The notes beneath the pieces are model-generated. The model searched no databases, was not told the origin of the DNA, and was given only the letters and a program-made list of their open reading frames with translations. Shown piece after piece: positions 1 to 12,982 of a stretch of DNA of 64,000 nucleotides (position 1 is its first letter; every line of letters starts with the position of its first letter). The translations under genes were made by a program, and so were the position numbers. The stretch is from Camelus dromedarius (lineage: Eukaryota): NCBI RefSeq assembly GCF_036321535.1, contig NC_087438.1, positions 7,442,001 to 7,506,000 of the forward strand, read 5' to 3'.

Positions 1-964
1 TCCTCCCACCTGAAAGGGAGGTTTTAGAAAGAAAATCTGATCATGACGCCCCCTGCTTAAGACCTTGAGTGGTTCTCTGCTATCTTCAGCCCCAATTCAG
101 ACTCCTTAGCCCTCCATGTCAATCCTCGTGACTTTCTGACCTGTCACCTCCTCTGTGGGCAGTGGGTGAATCTACTTGTGACTTCCTCCCTTGTCCACAA
201 GTCGTCAGCTCCCAGCCCTGGTACGTGCTTGTCCGACACCTGGACCACCACCCCATCTTCCCTGGCACCCTGGGCTCCCTGCCTTTGGCTGAAAGGCCCA
301 GCTGGGTGCATGCTGGCTTTTCCCCCAGCCTGGACCTGTTTCCAGTCCTCCGCCCTCCCGTCCCTAGGGCAGGGCTCCTGATCATTGTTGACTTTCGTGT
401 CTCTTTCCTCAGACTGAATTTCCTAAGGGGTAGGACTGTCTGATTTCAAAGTTCATCTTTGTCTTCTCAACGCCCAGCCCAGGTACCTGTAGACCAGCAG
501 TACCAGCTTGTTGGGTGGCGACCAAATGCTCATGGTTGATGGAGAAGGAGTTCTGAAAACAGTGTGACCCCCTCCCCCTGAGAGCCTGCTTTCCATTGCG
601 TTTGTTCTGTTACACATTGTAGGATGAACACAAACCCCCAAATCTTGTGATCTCACCTCCTCTCTGTGGCCCTCTCCATCCCAACCCAGGACAAGAGGCC
701 TGCCCTGGTGGGACCAGGAATGACTCACGGGGAAGGATCAGGGAGCAGGTGGCAGACAAGACCAGTCAGGCGGCATTTGACGGGATGTTCTTGGCACGTG
801 GGCTAGGACTGGGTGAGAATTTGATACAATCAGAATGAAAAGGAACCAGAAAAGCAAGCTGAGCTCTGTTTCTGGCATCCCCGAAGAGGTGACTGAGAAG
901 TCTGTACCCGAGGCTCCCAGGTGTAGTGACGGCCACCACCACTATCCATCTGAGAGCCCCAGCC

Positions 965-1130
965 TGCATCCTGGTGGTCCTCACATGTTATGTTCTGTAG
1001 GCCTGCTGTGGGCTTGTGACAATGCAGGCTCTGATCCACTAGGTCTGGGCTGGAGCCCAACGTTCTGCATCCGTCCCAGGCTCCCAGGTACCTGCTGCTG
1101 GTCCAGGGACTCCCACTTTGAGTGGCCTGG
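965..1130. mobile_element. MER5A-like hAT element
   Basis: TAGGTCTGGGCTGGAGCCCA..TTCTGCAT...CTCCCAGGT..TGCTGCTGGTCCAGGGAC.CCACTTTGAG. Confidence 0.65.
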
Positions 1131-1845
1131 GCTGACCCTGCTTTCTTTGTAACCGAAACCAGTATTTGTACATTACAGACCTAATATCTGAAAAATTGCC
1201 TTGAAAAAAGGAGAGTTTTGTTTATTACGAGTAGAACATACTGTTGTCTGAAAGCCCACAGCAGAATGGCAGGGTGGGAGCTTTGGAGTGAGAAGCACTT
1301 GGCAGAGTAGGTTAAATAACAGGGATTTCAATTCTTTGAGGCCGATGTCATAGACAACTTGGATTCTTTTCTTGAAACTTTATGGAGCGTTTTTGCAAGA
1401 AGTTCGTAAAGCTGATCACAACCTACAGATCCTAAGAGGTCTGACTCGTTTTCATTTACTGATTGCTTGCTTGATAGTAGATTTATTTAAACTCTCTCCA
1501 GTTCTTTCCAGAAAAGGGCAAGCAGCAGCTTTCTCTTGCTTCGTGCTGTTTCCTCCCAGCCTACGAACTTGCCAGCGACTGCTTTTGCAGTTGAAGGAGC
1601 AGGAGACCGGGGAGCTTATCAGAACTTTCCTTTTCTTAAAATTTTTACATTTTCTGATTATTACACAGAAGTAAGTTCAGGGTTGGAAAAAAAATGGGAC
1701 TTTTTATTACAGAAAAGTATAAAGAAAAAGAAGTCACCTATACTGTCATTATCCAGAATCAGTCACTACTGAAACCTTGGTGCATTTCTTTCTAGTTTTT
1801 TTTCATGCATTGTTGGTACATAATTTTACAGACTAGTTTATTAAA

Positions 1846-1848
1846 GTG

Positions 1849-1888
<40 letters not shown>

Positions 1889-1950
1889 TACACACACTAT
1901 ATATATATATATATACACATATATATATATATAATATAAAATATATACTT
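1846..1950. repeat. Compound (TA)n/(CA)n microsatellite
   Basis: Directly visible. Confidence 0.95.
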
Positions 1951-3654
1951 AATTTTATATTATAATTTAAGCCTTCCTCGTGACCGAAATTCTTTATGTT
2001 TGGTAACATATAAAATTATATGATGAAACATGTTCTTTCTTTTTTTTTTTAACTTCAAAAGGAGAACGTCTTTGAAAAAAGGAAAAAGTAGCATTGTTCT
2101 CATTGTCTTCTGAGACTATGATGAGTCCTGACTTAAGCCCAGAGGGGACATTTTCCTGTTGGTTTGTAGCATGAATTATATCTCACTGTAACTAGTAAAC
2201 TACCTGGTAGATCTCAACGCTTGGTTATTAATGAAATACTAGTACATTTTATTTAATTACGTATTTCTTTGTATAAGCATGTGTTCAACCTGAATCCAAG
2301 GATCCAGTTCCCAGGATCAGTTTATTAACGTAAATTGTTATTAAGATGTGTGGGCCGCAGAAGGTTGTGATTAGATTTTGGATAGTGCATCCTTGGGACT
2401 TGCTGGTGTTTGTAGTATTTATCTGACGCTTTCTGACATCACCCCAAAATATAGTGGCTTAGAAGATGGTTAGTATTTATTTTCTTTCATGGTTTCTGAG
2501 GCTCAGGAATTCAGGAGCAACTTGGCTGGGCAGTTTTGAGCCAAGGTCTCTCATGAGGTTGCCATCAGATGTCCACTGGGGCTGTATAATCGGAAGGCTT
2601 GACCGGGGCTGGAGGATCACTTCCCTCGTGTGCAGAGAGGTCCACGCTCCTTGCGGGGGCAGCACACCCCTGTGGGCGCTCTTGCTCATGGGAGAGGGCG
2701 GTTTCTGTTCATTCAGGTTTCTATGTATTTTGCTCTTCCTACTGTTCTTTCTCTTCTAAGTTCTCTGTTGAGCTTTGTGTATCTGTTGTAAAAATCCCAA
2801 GCTTAACTTCAGAGAGGTTAAGTGAACAAGTGCTGAGCGGAACATATTACCGCCAAGTGCTAACCTCAGGCCAGCTGTTAGTTAACGGTGTGGTTTTCCA
2901 ATACTGAATGCTTGTAAGGTGGCTGCGTGAGAAACACAGCCAGTAATGACTTGGGGAAATTAGACGCGATTCTGAGATACACAGCCTTTGGATTAGGAGT
3001 GTGTAAAATTAGAATTAGACTTATTTGGCAAGATGTATATAAAACTGGATTTCAGGAGAGACGATAGCTGAACAAAATAGTTTCCTCATATCATTAACAA
3101 TCTAAAGTTAGAAACCCAAACAAGAGTTTTGCAGTGGTAATAATAACCATTCACATTCTATGCAAAATTCACATTTTATGCAAAATTTAGTCTATAGGGG
3201 GATTGTTTTGAGTTATGACAACCTTAAATTTATCCACTCCTAATCTAAAGATGAGCCCTGCTGCTGAAAGAATTCTCCTGATATACCTTTATACATTTTA
3301 TCTTTAGTAATGTTTGTTTTATTTCTTTATTTAAAGCAACTTACTAGGCATTTCTTTAAAGCAGGAAAGCATGAACAAAAAGTAAGTATCTCCTGTAACC
3401 CCACTGCCAATATCACTTTATTTGTATAATGAAAAGATGTGTGTGGCTTGAAAGGACACTGAAACAGATCCAAAAAAAAAAAAAAAAAAAAAGAATACTG
3501 CTTTAAAGGCCCCTCGCTCACAGTATGTGGATTGAAGATGGCCAGTTAAATTTCTTATATCTTCTTTCTGAAAAGTAAAAGATCTTTCACGAACATCACC
3601 ACTGCAGGAGCCACACATACATCTAAGAAGTTCACACAAAGATCATATCATATA

Positions 3655-3972
3655 CAGTTGTCCATTGATATCTGAGGGGGATTGATTCCAGGACCCCTGA
3701 CCCCCATACCCAAATCCACAGATGCTCAAGTTCCTTATATAAAATGGTGCAGTATTTGCATATTACCTATGGAATCCTTCTTTATACGTTAAATCATCTC
3801 TAGGTTACTTATAATACTTAATTCAATGTAAATATTATGTAAATAGTTGCCAGGAAGCAGCAATTCTAGTTTTGCTTTTGGAACTTTCTGGAATTTTTTT
3901 TCCCCAAATATTTCCCATCTGCAGTTGGTTAAATCTGGGGTTGTGGAACCTGTGAGTATGAAGGGCCGAATG
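3655..3972. mobile_element. MER2 (TcMar-Tigger) DNA transposon
   Basis: CAGTTG..GGGGATTGATTCCAGGACCCC...AAATCCACAGATGCTCAAGTTCCTTATATAAAATGG; TA dinucleotide on both flanks. Confidence 0.8.
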
Positions 3973-5869
3973 TACCGTCTTCTGACCTGTGGCTATTACC
4001 AGCTTTTGACGTAATGCTACCCTGTGACGATCTTTCCACATCAGCACATGCATTTTAACCTCGTTCCTACTGGGGCTGACATAGTGCCAGAGAGCGGGTT
4101 TAACTAACCAGTCATCTCTTGATGTATATTTGGGCGGTTTTCAGTCTTTTTGCAGTTGCAGGTCCCTTCATGTACTTTCAGTGCCCCTAAAATGAATCCT
4201 CGCTGTGGAATTCTTGGGGAATGTTGCGTTTTCTTTGAGTTTGGCTGTTGGTTTCCTGTCTGTATCATTCAGCCCCAGATCTGGCAGCACCAGCCTAGAG
4301 TGATGCTCACCACATTAAAGGGAACTATCTTCTTTGAGGTTTTCTTGGGACCTCAAGTAAGATAAAAAACCCGGAGCCATGTCACCATGTGTCAGTGCCT
4401 CGGTTCAGAGTAAGTTGAGTACTCGCTCGAGGGAGGAGGTACTGACACATCTCAGGGGCATTTTGTTCATTCAGTAAATGCTTTCTGAGTGTCTTGCAGA
4501 TATCGAGCACTGGGGAAAAGTTAAAAAATGTGATCCTTCTCCACTTTGAGCTCACCTTCCAGTGAGCAGTGGAGTGTGCAAGGCAGCCCCATGAGAGCCT
4601 CAGAGAATGGGTAGAAAAAGGCTGGAAGCAAGAGATGTGGAAGGGTCAGCTGTGTGACAGAGAGGCTGGGCGATGGGGGTGGTGGGGTGGGAGTGAGGGC
4701 GCTCCAGGCAGAGGCCACTGCCCGTGCCAAGGCTTGGAGGCAAGGAAACCGAGGCAGGGGTAGTTACAACGGCTGGCACTGGGAAAAACCCAACCACGGG
4801 GACTTGTTAGCGTTCAGAATCCCTGGGTGGCACCACACTCAGGCACTAAATGGTACCCACGGAGCAGTGGTTCCCAGGGTGGCGGACTGGCCTCATGTAA
4901 GATGTTTTTGGAATATGCAGCATGACAAATGCCAAATTCTTATTTTTCAGGCCAAGAAAGAAATTAAAAAGATAATTGTAAACGCCTAACCCCATCATTT
5001 TATAAACAACAGTACATTTTAGGCTCAATCAAGTAGCAAAAACATAATCTTAAAGGACAGCTCTTCCCAAGGGAAAAAATAAATAGTAATTCTTGACACA
5101 TTTGCAAACATAGGCTCCTATGCATGCTATATATATGAGTTATGTTTGGGTAAGTTATGTTTGCTGTGATAACATACAACCCCAACTCTCTGGGGTTTAA
5201 AATGACAAAGTTCTGCTTATTCATTCATGCTCCTGGGGGTCAGCTGGAGGAGCTGGTGAGGCTCTGTGCTCCGCGACCTCACAGACCCAGGCTGAGAGAG
5301 ACCCACCTCTGAGCTTCAAGGAGAGTCAAACAAAGCAGAGGACAAGGGAATGTGGGCAAATCCGGTTCTGTCTCTTAACACATCCGCCCGGAAGTGACAC
5401 ATGCCAGTGTGCTTATGTATCATTACCCAAAGCCAATCAGAGTCCAGAGCCACTCTTTAGAGTCAGTAAAGGCAATTCTCCTATGCGGAGGGAGAGGCAA
5501 TCAACGTGGGAACACTCTAGCGCTTTGCACAACCGGATTGTCCTTGCTCTTTTGTTGTGTCCCTTCACCAGCTCCTCATGGTCCATCACATACTTGGGCG
5601 AGTATGTCTCCTCTACATGCCAACAACAGCACTGGTGGAAAAGACCGGAGAATGCCCACAGGGACATTTTTGAGGAATCCTAAGGGTTGCCTGGGACTGC
5701 AAAACACACTAGGTGGGGAGCTGCCAACTACTTGCTTTTCTGCTAGACTCTCTGTGAGTCCATCTTATTTAAAGCTTGACATTATTGAGGTAACGACTCC
5801 TAATGTGGCCACCAGAAAAGCTAAAATTAAATAGGTGGCTTACGTTTGTGGTGTGTCTGTTGGATGGTG

Positions 5870-6800
5870 CTGACCGCAAATGTATAAAGGACTCAACCTG
5901 ATCAATGAGGAAAAGAAACCAACAGGAAATGGGCAGAAGACATAAATAAATCATTCACGGAGGAAGAAATGTGGGTGACCAATACACGTATTGTATAAGA
6001 TCTTCAATCTGACTGCCAATTGGGGGAATGCAAGTTAAAAACACAATAGCAGTGTGTACCCATCCGACTGGAGAAGACTGAACGTCGGGATTTACTCACA
6101 GTATTGGGTATTGGTGAGAATGAAGAGAACTGTAACTTTCGTACACCGATGGTGACGTTTAAGTAGTTGCAATCACTTTGGAGACCATTTGGGCACATAC
6201 TCTACCCCCAGCTAGTCCACTTAGGGTGAGGGTTCTTGCCTGGGGGCGATTTTGTCCCCCAGGGGGCATATGGCAGTACCTGGAGACATTTTGGGTTGTC
6301 ACAACGGGGGTGACGGATGCTACTGGCATTTAGTGAGTGGAGGCCCGGGATGCAGCTGAAACATCCTACAATACATGGGACTGTCCCTCACACTCAAGAG
6401 CCATCGTTTCAAAAGAAAGTATTTCTGTGATGTAGAAACCCTGACTTCTAGGTGCAGATTCCAAGGTCGCACCGGCCGAGGCACATCAGGAGATACAGAT
6501 CAAGGTCTTCACTCCAGGGCTCCATATTTAGAGCTGGGGGACTTTGGAAACAACTTCAATGTCTATAAATTCAAGCAATAAATGACTTGTGAGGGACCCA
6601 CATGCGGATGTACTGTGCTAGTCAAGGGTACTTGCCCAATATTTGGGTAGATCGCACATCCAGCACTGAGTAAATCAAGTTTCAGGCTCATATGTACATG
6701 GAAATACTATTTTTCATAAATATTTAAAATACAAAGTAGTACTCTATATTTAATGTCTTGTATATGAATACATGCATGTGTACTAAAAATTCAAAAGCAA
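5870..6800 (+). mobile_element. Degraded old L1 fragment interrupted by MER20
   Basis: AAATGGGCAGAAGACATAAATAAATCATTCAC..., GAATGCAAGTTAAAAACACAAT motifs. Confidence 0.55.
6228..6443 (+). mobile_element. MER20 (hAT-Charlie)
   Basis: GGGGGCGATTTTGTCCCCCAGGGG...CTGGAGACATTTTGGGTTGTCACAAC...TGCTACTGGCAT. Confidence 0.85.
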
Positions 6801-7603
6801 AATCACATCATCGCCTAATAATGGTTGCCTCTGGGGAGGAAAGCTGCAAAAGGGAATTCCTCTTGGAATGTTGATCTCTGAACCCTGAAGCAGTTATGAC
6901 AAAATATTAGCCTTTGTTCGTGTAGCCGATGAGATGGGTGTTCCTTACGTTACTTTCTGTTTTTTCTCAATGCTGGAATTTGTTCGCAATATCACGCATG
7001 CGCGCTAGCCGCAGACCGGCGCGTGAAGAGCCGTGGTCCAGCGCTGGCAGGTTATTCGGGGCTGGCCTGTTCGGTTCACCTGCATTGTCCAGTGTCGAGC
7101 TGGGCCCCGCACAGGTCGGCCCTTGGCAAGTATTTGTTGCAGGAACTACGCGTGGGATACTGCACAGGGTTTGTTACTGTGAGCTACTGAGAGGTGCTGG
7201 GACCACACCCTGCAGTGGGATGACCCCGCGGGGACCTGCCTGCTGACCAGGTGGTCACACCCACTCCCCACCCGTCTGCACCAGCCCTTTACCCTCCAGA
7301 CTTCTAACTGCACATCACAGAGAGTAACCCAGCTCAGGACACTAAAAATCACACCTAGGTAGTCTCGTGTGTGTATTTAAAGGGAAAGTGATGTCACATC
7401 ACGTGAATTGCATGCAAATCTGAATGCCTGGGGAGACACTTATGAGAGGAAGTTTGCTGCCGGGGCTTTGCTGTTGAGTTCTTTCAGCAGCTCTAAGACT
7501 CAGTCGGGAGGATGTGCCTTCACATCACCCTTTCACAACTCTGAAGAATTTAAGACCAGCAAGGATGGGCTTCCCCACAAGCTGCTGTGTTAGGATTCCC
7601 CAT

Positions 7604-7618
7604 CCTGCAGGGGGCGCC
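7604..7618 (+). promoter_or_regulatory. Candidate CTCF site
   Basis: CCTGCAGGGGGCGCC closely matches the core consensus CCASYAGRKGGCRS. Confidence 0.4.
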
Positions 7619-8065
7619 CTCTTACATGCTCATTCCATGTTGTGCCCATGCAAATGATTCCTGCCTGTGGAGCTAGGCTTGTAGCCCACCCACCATTTTT
7701 CTCGACTATGTTGAAATAATGAACTGCTGTCAGGGGAAATTAGAATTATTGAGGCATTTATAAGATACCCCTCCTCTTTGAAATCTCGTTGGGAGAATAG
7801 TTGGCGAGAAGGTGTTTTCAGAAGACTGTCAGAATGGAAAATCTGAGTCGGACTTCTGTTGGCTCTGGTCTGTGTGTCTGCATCGCCAGGTGAGGCTGAA
7901 CAGGGAAGCCAGTTCAGCTGGGGCCCTCAGCCCTCTTATGCCACTGTATTTGCTGTACCCAAATACTACGATTTTTTTTGTCATGAATTCCCACCTTCAC
8001 TCCCAAGGGGAATATTCTTTTCTTGGGCTCTGATATTAATTTGCCTTTAAAGTTAACAAAGGAGT

Positions 8066-8238
8066 GGGGAGGGTATAGCTCAGTGGTAGAGCGCATGCCT
8101 AGCATGCCTAAGGTCCTGGGTTCAATCCCCAGTACCTCCATTAAAAATAAATAAGTAAATAAACCGAATTACCTCCCCCACCAAAACCAAAAAACAAACA
8201 GACAAAAAATTCAGAAAAAAAAGAAAGAGAGAATACAC
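8066..8238 (+). mobile_element. tRNA-derived SINE (camelid Vic-1-like), full length with TSD
   Basis: GGGGAGGGTATAGCTCAGTGGTAGAGCGCATGC (A box) ... GGTTCAATCCCCAGTACCTCCA (B box); A-rich tail; 16-bp TSD TAAAGTTAAC(A/G)AAGGA at 8048-8063 and 8239-8254. Confidence 0.9.
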
Positions 8239-9560
8239 TAAAGTTAACGAAGGAAAACTTTCCTGTAGCTTTAGTTTCAGAAGGCCAGCCTAGCAGCTGT
8301 TTTATAATGTTTGTCGGACAGGACAAGTTTCCAGGCTCACAAACAGTCCCTCTCCTGAGAGTCTGGACTTTGCTGATAACCTCCTATCAAGACCCCCTTC
8401 CTTCGACCTCATTAGCTATCCCAATTGTAAACTCGGCTCAAGGGACCTGGAAACAATTCTTAGACAGAGTAAAACGCCCTTCACACGCATCTGCAAATGT
8501 TTTCGGAGATACATAAGACCAAAGCCCCATTTAGCAAGTGATGGTTTTGGTGAGAATTATTTGCCAGTGTTTCTGTGATTGTCCTTGCTGGGCTCTTTTG
8601 CCTTCCAGCTCTGCAGGCGCGGTGCCTGTCAGTGTGTGTGCCCGGTGGGTGGACGTTGCCTGCTGTCCATGGGGTCCCGGCCACGCCCTCACCTTTGAAC
8701 GTGGTAGTGCAACACTCAGATCCATTTACCGTCTAGGAAGAAACTGTTTACTGAAGACCTAGTACTCATTCATTTATTCAACAAGTAGATGTCAGCTCGG
8801 CTATGTTCTTAGAGCTGAGGACCTGGGAGTGACGAACAAAGATCAAATTTCCATCCTGAATTTCCTTCCTTGTCATGGTGCTTAATCATAAATGAGATTA
8901 ATGAAATAATGCCTAATACGTTTACCCAACAAATTATGCCCATGATCGTGGTAACACATGGTAGCTTTTTAGAGATGTAGTGTATCTTTAGAGGACCAGA
9001 ATTCTTAAGTTCTTTCATAAAACCACATCATCTTTCTCCTGCTCCTGTCGGTGGTATTATTATGGAGAAAGGCGTTTTGTAGAAACCGGATTTTCAAGTA
9101 ACTGAAGTCTCTTGGCTCTGAACTTTAAAAATTATACTACGAATGGTGGAATTTGTTCGTGTAGTCGGGTATGGGTGACGTCTCGTTTGTTCTGTGTGAT
9201 GGGGAATTACTCTTTTATTGTGCCATTTGCCTGTGGGCTTCGTATGCTTATCTTGCTGCCTTAGTCGCTCCCTTGGCTGTTTGTCAGTTCCTATTTTTTC
9301 TGTCCACTTCCCCTGTCCCCTCTTCTAAGACGGTTCTTTTCTATAGTTATTTACAGTTGTTGTTTTAAAACTGTATTTCCTCATGAGAGTGTTATTCATG
9401 TAAACACCATGTTTGTGTGTACTTGTTTCCCACTGTACAATAAAATCATGTTTTAAGTTCCTCACAAATGTCGCTTTGTTTTAAAGAATTTAAACTGTAC
9501 AAAAAACATATAGAGTGAAAAGTGAAATTTGTTCTCTGAAGTGTTCTTTCCCACTTACTC

Positions 9561-10068
9561 TTTATTAATCAGGAGTCTCCAGAGATCCAGAACCAGTAGA
9601 GTGTGTGTGTGTGTATCTGTAGATAGAGGGAGATATTCACAGATAGAAAAATACACACATTTTGATATAGATAGATGCAGCTATATATGCTGTGAGATCT
9701 TTTCATATCTTTATATCTATAACTATATATATGGGGAGGGATGGAGAGGAATTATTTTAAGGAATTGGTTCACACAGTTGAGGAAGCTTGCCAAAGCCAA
9801 AACCTGCAGGGTGACTGGCAGGCTGGAGACCCAGGGGAGAATGGTAGTTCAAGTCCAAAAGCAGAATTTCGTCTTGATCAGTCTTTTTCTCTTCAAGCCT
9901 TTAACTGACTGGACGAGGCCCACCCACACCATGGTGGGTAATCTAGTTTATTCAGCATCTACTGATTTAAATGTTAATCTCATCCAAATAAATATATAAA
10001 CTTCACAGAAACATCAAGAATAATGCTTAACCACATATCTGGGGACAGATAAAATTAACCATCCCACA
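9561..10068 (-). mobile_element. MLT2 (ERVL) solo LTR with an internal TA/GA-rich simple repeat
   Basis: TCTCCAGAGA..CAGAACCA, GGAATTGGTTCACAC, GGCAGGCTGGAGACCCAGG and terminal AAATTAACCATC motifs. Confidence 0.75.
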
Positions 10069-10144
10069 CCTCTATTCCCCTTTCTTCTCCAGGTGATGCT
10101 ACTCTTAATATTTTTATGTAATCCTTCTAGATGTTTTCTATGCA

Positions 10145-10146
<2 letters not shown>

Positions 10147-10175
<29 letters not shown>
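10147..10175. repeat. (TG)n microsatellite
   Basis: Directly visible. Confidence 0.95.
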
Positions 10176-10177
<2 letters not shown>

Positions 10178-10541
10178 TGAGAGGTTTAACACACTTAGAA
10201 GATGATCATCTTTCTCTCCCCCACCCCCTTTAATCTGTTAATATAATAAATGATATTGTTAGAATCCTGGTGTGATATTTCCTTTTGTCCTGCAGGGGAT
10301 GGGATTTTAGTTTGTTTATCTTTGTTTTTGGATGTACACATGCTTACATTTTTAAGCAGAAACATCTTAGCTTTTTTTTGTTGTTGTTGTCATTGTTGCT
10401 CTGACTTTTCTACGAGTGCAGGCTTCGAAATTAGGGATGTATTTTGAGGGCCAAGAGTTTCTCCCTGACCTCCACAATGGGTGTTTCCACTTGTAGGTAG
10501 CTTACATTTTTTTGCCTTTAATAATAATATTTTATTCTCAT

Positions 10542-10780
10542 TGGGGTGGGGGTATTGCTCAGTGGTAGAGTGTGTGTTTAGCATGTGCAGGGTCCTGGGT
10601 TCATCTCAGTACCTCCATAAAATTAATTAATTAATTAATTAATTTAAAAAATCAAAACGTTAACCTATAAAAGTCACAGGACACATTCAAGTTTAGGTGC
10701 AAAGTCATCCAAACCTTCAAAGAATAAAGAAAGCAAAACAAACAAAAAATTAAAATGGATCTTACTTTAAAAATAATAAC
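10542..10780 (+). mobile_element. Vic-1-like SINE with an extended 3' tail
   Basis: Diverged SINE head 10542-~10620; perfect 16-bp TSD AATATTTTATTCTCAT at 10526-10541 and 10781-10796. Confidence 0.85.
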
Positions 10781-11834
10781 AATATTTTATTCTCATGAAT
10801 GCTTTGCTTGTGATTTTAAAAATAAGTCATCTGTGGCTGCAGGGGACCACGTGCCAGCAGGTTCCTGCCGGTTCGGCAGGTGGACAGTATTTTCCTTTGT
10901 GACAAGTCTTTTGTTGAATGGTCTTGAAAAGCCGTGGTCAAGGGTTGCCAAAGATTGTACCTCCCTTCCCAGCTTCCTGAGCCCCAAAATGCTCCGGTTC
11001 AAATGGAGTTTAAGTTATAGCTACACACTGGTTTAAAATAAAAATGTCAGACATTTGGAGCAAATTCTGAGAAAACAGGCGAAGAAAGTAATGATTTCTA
11101 TTAGTAATGTAAGTCTCTGTGCAGACTAGAGCTGCGACTTCTGTGTTCAATACCATTTTATCCTAAGCCCTCAAATTTCTTTGTTTTTTTTCCTGATAAT
11201 ATCATTTCTGACCCAAGGTTATGCTAAATTTTCCTAAGCCACTATCAGAAGGGACCTACTGCACATTTGGGGAAGGCGTATCATAGGGGCTGGGAGCAGG
11301 GCTTTGGTTCTAGAACAGACCCCCGTAGTGGCTGGGGTAGGAAGGAGACGGGGTGAGGCTGCTTGCAAAGAGAGAGCTGAATCAAGAGCCAGTGACTTCA
11401 GGAGCCCTGGAGTTCCTGCCCACGGGAGTTCCTCCTTTTAACCCAGAATCCGTAACCGAAGGTTGGATGGCAGGATTGGCGAAGGCGGATGTCCTTAGAA
11501 AGGGCAGGTTTGCAGTATGTGTTAAAAGATTTCAAAAGAACTCTTTCCTCTAATCCAGAAATACTATTTCTGAGAATGTCCCCTAAGAAAATGAGAAATG
11601 ATACGCACACAGCCTCAGGTCTCGGAATTTTAATTGCAGGTTTTACTCCTAATAGAGAAAAGTGGGAAATAATCTCAGTGCCCAGGAGTAGGATCCATTA
11701 AATAACTAAGGTTCTGCCGTATGTATAGTGCCCCGTGGCTGTTGGAAATGTTGAAACGCAAGTGCTTTCATTGGTATGAAAAGATGTTGCTGATATGTTC
11801 CTGACAAACATACAGCAAACAGTCCTGCTTTGTT

Positions 11835-11995
11835 GCTGTTGTTGTCAAAGTAGAGTCAGTTTACAATGTTGTGTCATTTTCTGGTGTGCAGCATCGTGTT
11901 TCAGTCATCCATATACATACGTATATTCGTTTTCACATTCTTTTTCATTGTAGGTTGCTACAAAATATTGAATATAGCTCCCTGTACTATACAGA
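11835..11995 (-). mobile_element. Short L1 3'-end insertion
   Basis: TTTACAATGTTGTGTCATTTTCTGGTGTGCAGCAT...TTGAATATAGCTCCCTGTACTATACAG typical of artiodactyl L1 3' ends. Confidence 0.7.
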
Positions 11996-12841
11996 ACTCT
12001 GTTTTGGTTTAAAGAAAAATGTGTGTGTGCGATTGTGTGTTTGGGCTATAATTTTTTTTTCTAGTCTATGTTTTTGGATTTTTTTCTGTAATAAATATGA
12101 GCCTCTCATGAAATTACGTAAAAACGAAGCGGTTGCATTTTGTACAACATGCCTTATCTGTAAGTCAGGAAATTGTAGAATATTTGAGAAATACTGTCAT
12201 CCAAAGAAGTTCAAAATGAGATTTTGGCATTTACCAGGTGGAATCACAAGTTTTCCAGGCCATCTATTGTCAAGTTAGCTGGGAGGATGACAGCGTTGAT
12301 GGCAGTGAACTCTGGTTATCAGAGAAACTGAAAGCTTCTAAGTAGAGTCTGCCTGGGCTGATGACTCCTTGCTCTTTTCTCTTTAAAACTGAATTATTGC
12401 AAAACATTTCATTCTATAGATAGAATGACCTATTTTGAAGAATGCACAAGCTGGAGTATATTAAATAGCCTTTATTATAGTCACAGAATTTATACAGTTC
12501 ATTGTGCTGCCCTATGAATATCAGTGTTAAAAAATCAATCTCTAAAACTTTGAAAATTCTAATATTTGAGATTTAATGTTTTGAGACGGCAACTAGGAGC
12601 CTTATTGAGATAAGCAGGCAAGGTTGCCCATGCCCTCTCCTCATTCCACGAAAATTACATTCCTATTAAAAATCTGTTAAAAATATAGATGGGCCACTGT
12701 GGGATTGCCCTAGGCTTAAGCCTGGCATCCCCATGTGCTGGTGGGTGCAGCTGGTAGAGCTCAGAGTCACTTGATCATTAACTCTGGATCTCGAATTCTT
12801 ACTCTGAATTTTAGGATCTCACTGGTCCCTTTGTTACAAGG

Positions 12842-12975
12842 TGTCTTAATCAGCTTGGGCTGCTGTGAAAAAAAAAATTAAAAATGGGTAGCTTAACAAC
12901 AGAAATGTATTTCCCACAGTTCTGGAGGCTAGAAATCTTTGATCCGGGTGCCGGCACGTCAGGTTCTTGTCTTGA
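12842..12975 (-). mobile_element. MaLR MLT1 LTR fragment
   Basis: GCTTAACAACAGAAATGTATTTCCCACAGTTCTGGAGGCTAGAAATC motif typical of MLT1. Confidence 0.7.
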
Positions 12976-12982
12976 TTTTCGG

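Noticed and set aside
8066..8140. tRNA-like sequence with A and B boxes
   Set aside because: It has an A-rich tail, a TSD and four diverged sister copies in the window, so it is a SINE and not a tRNA gene.
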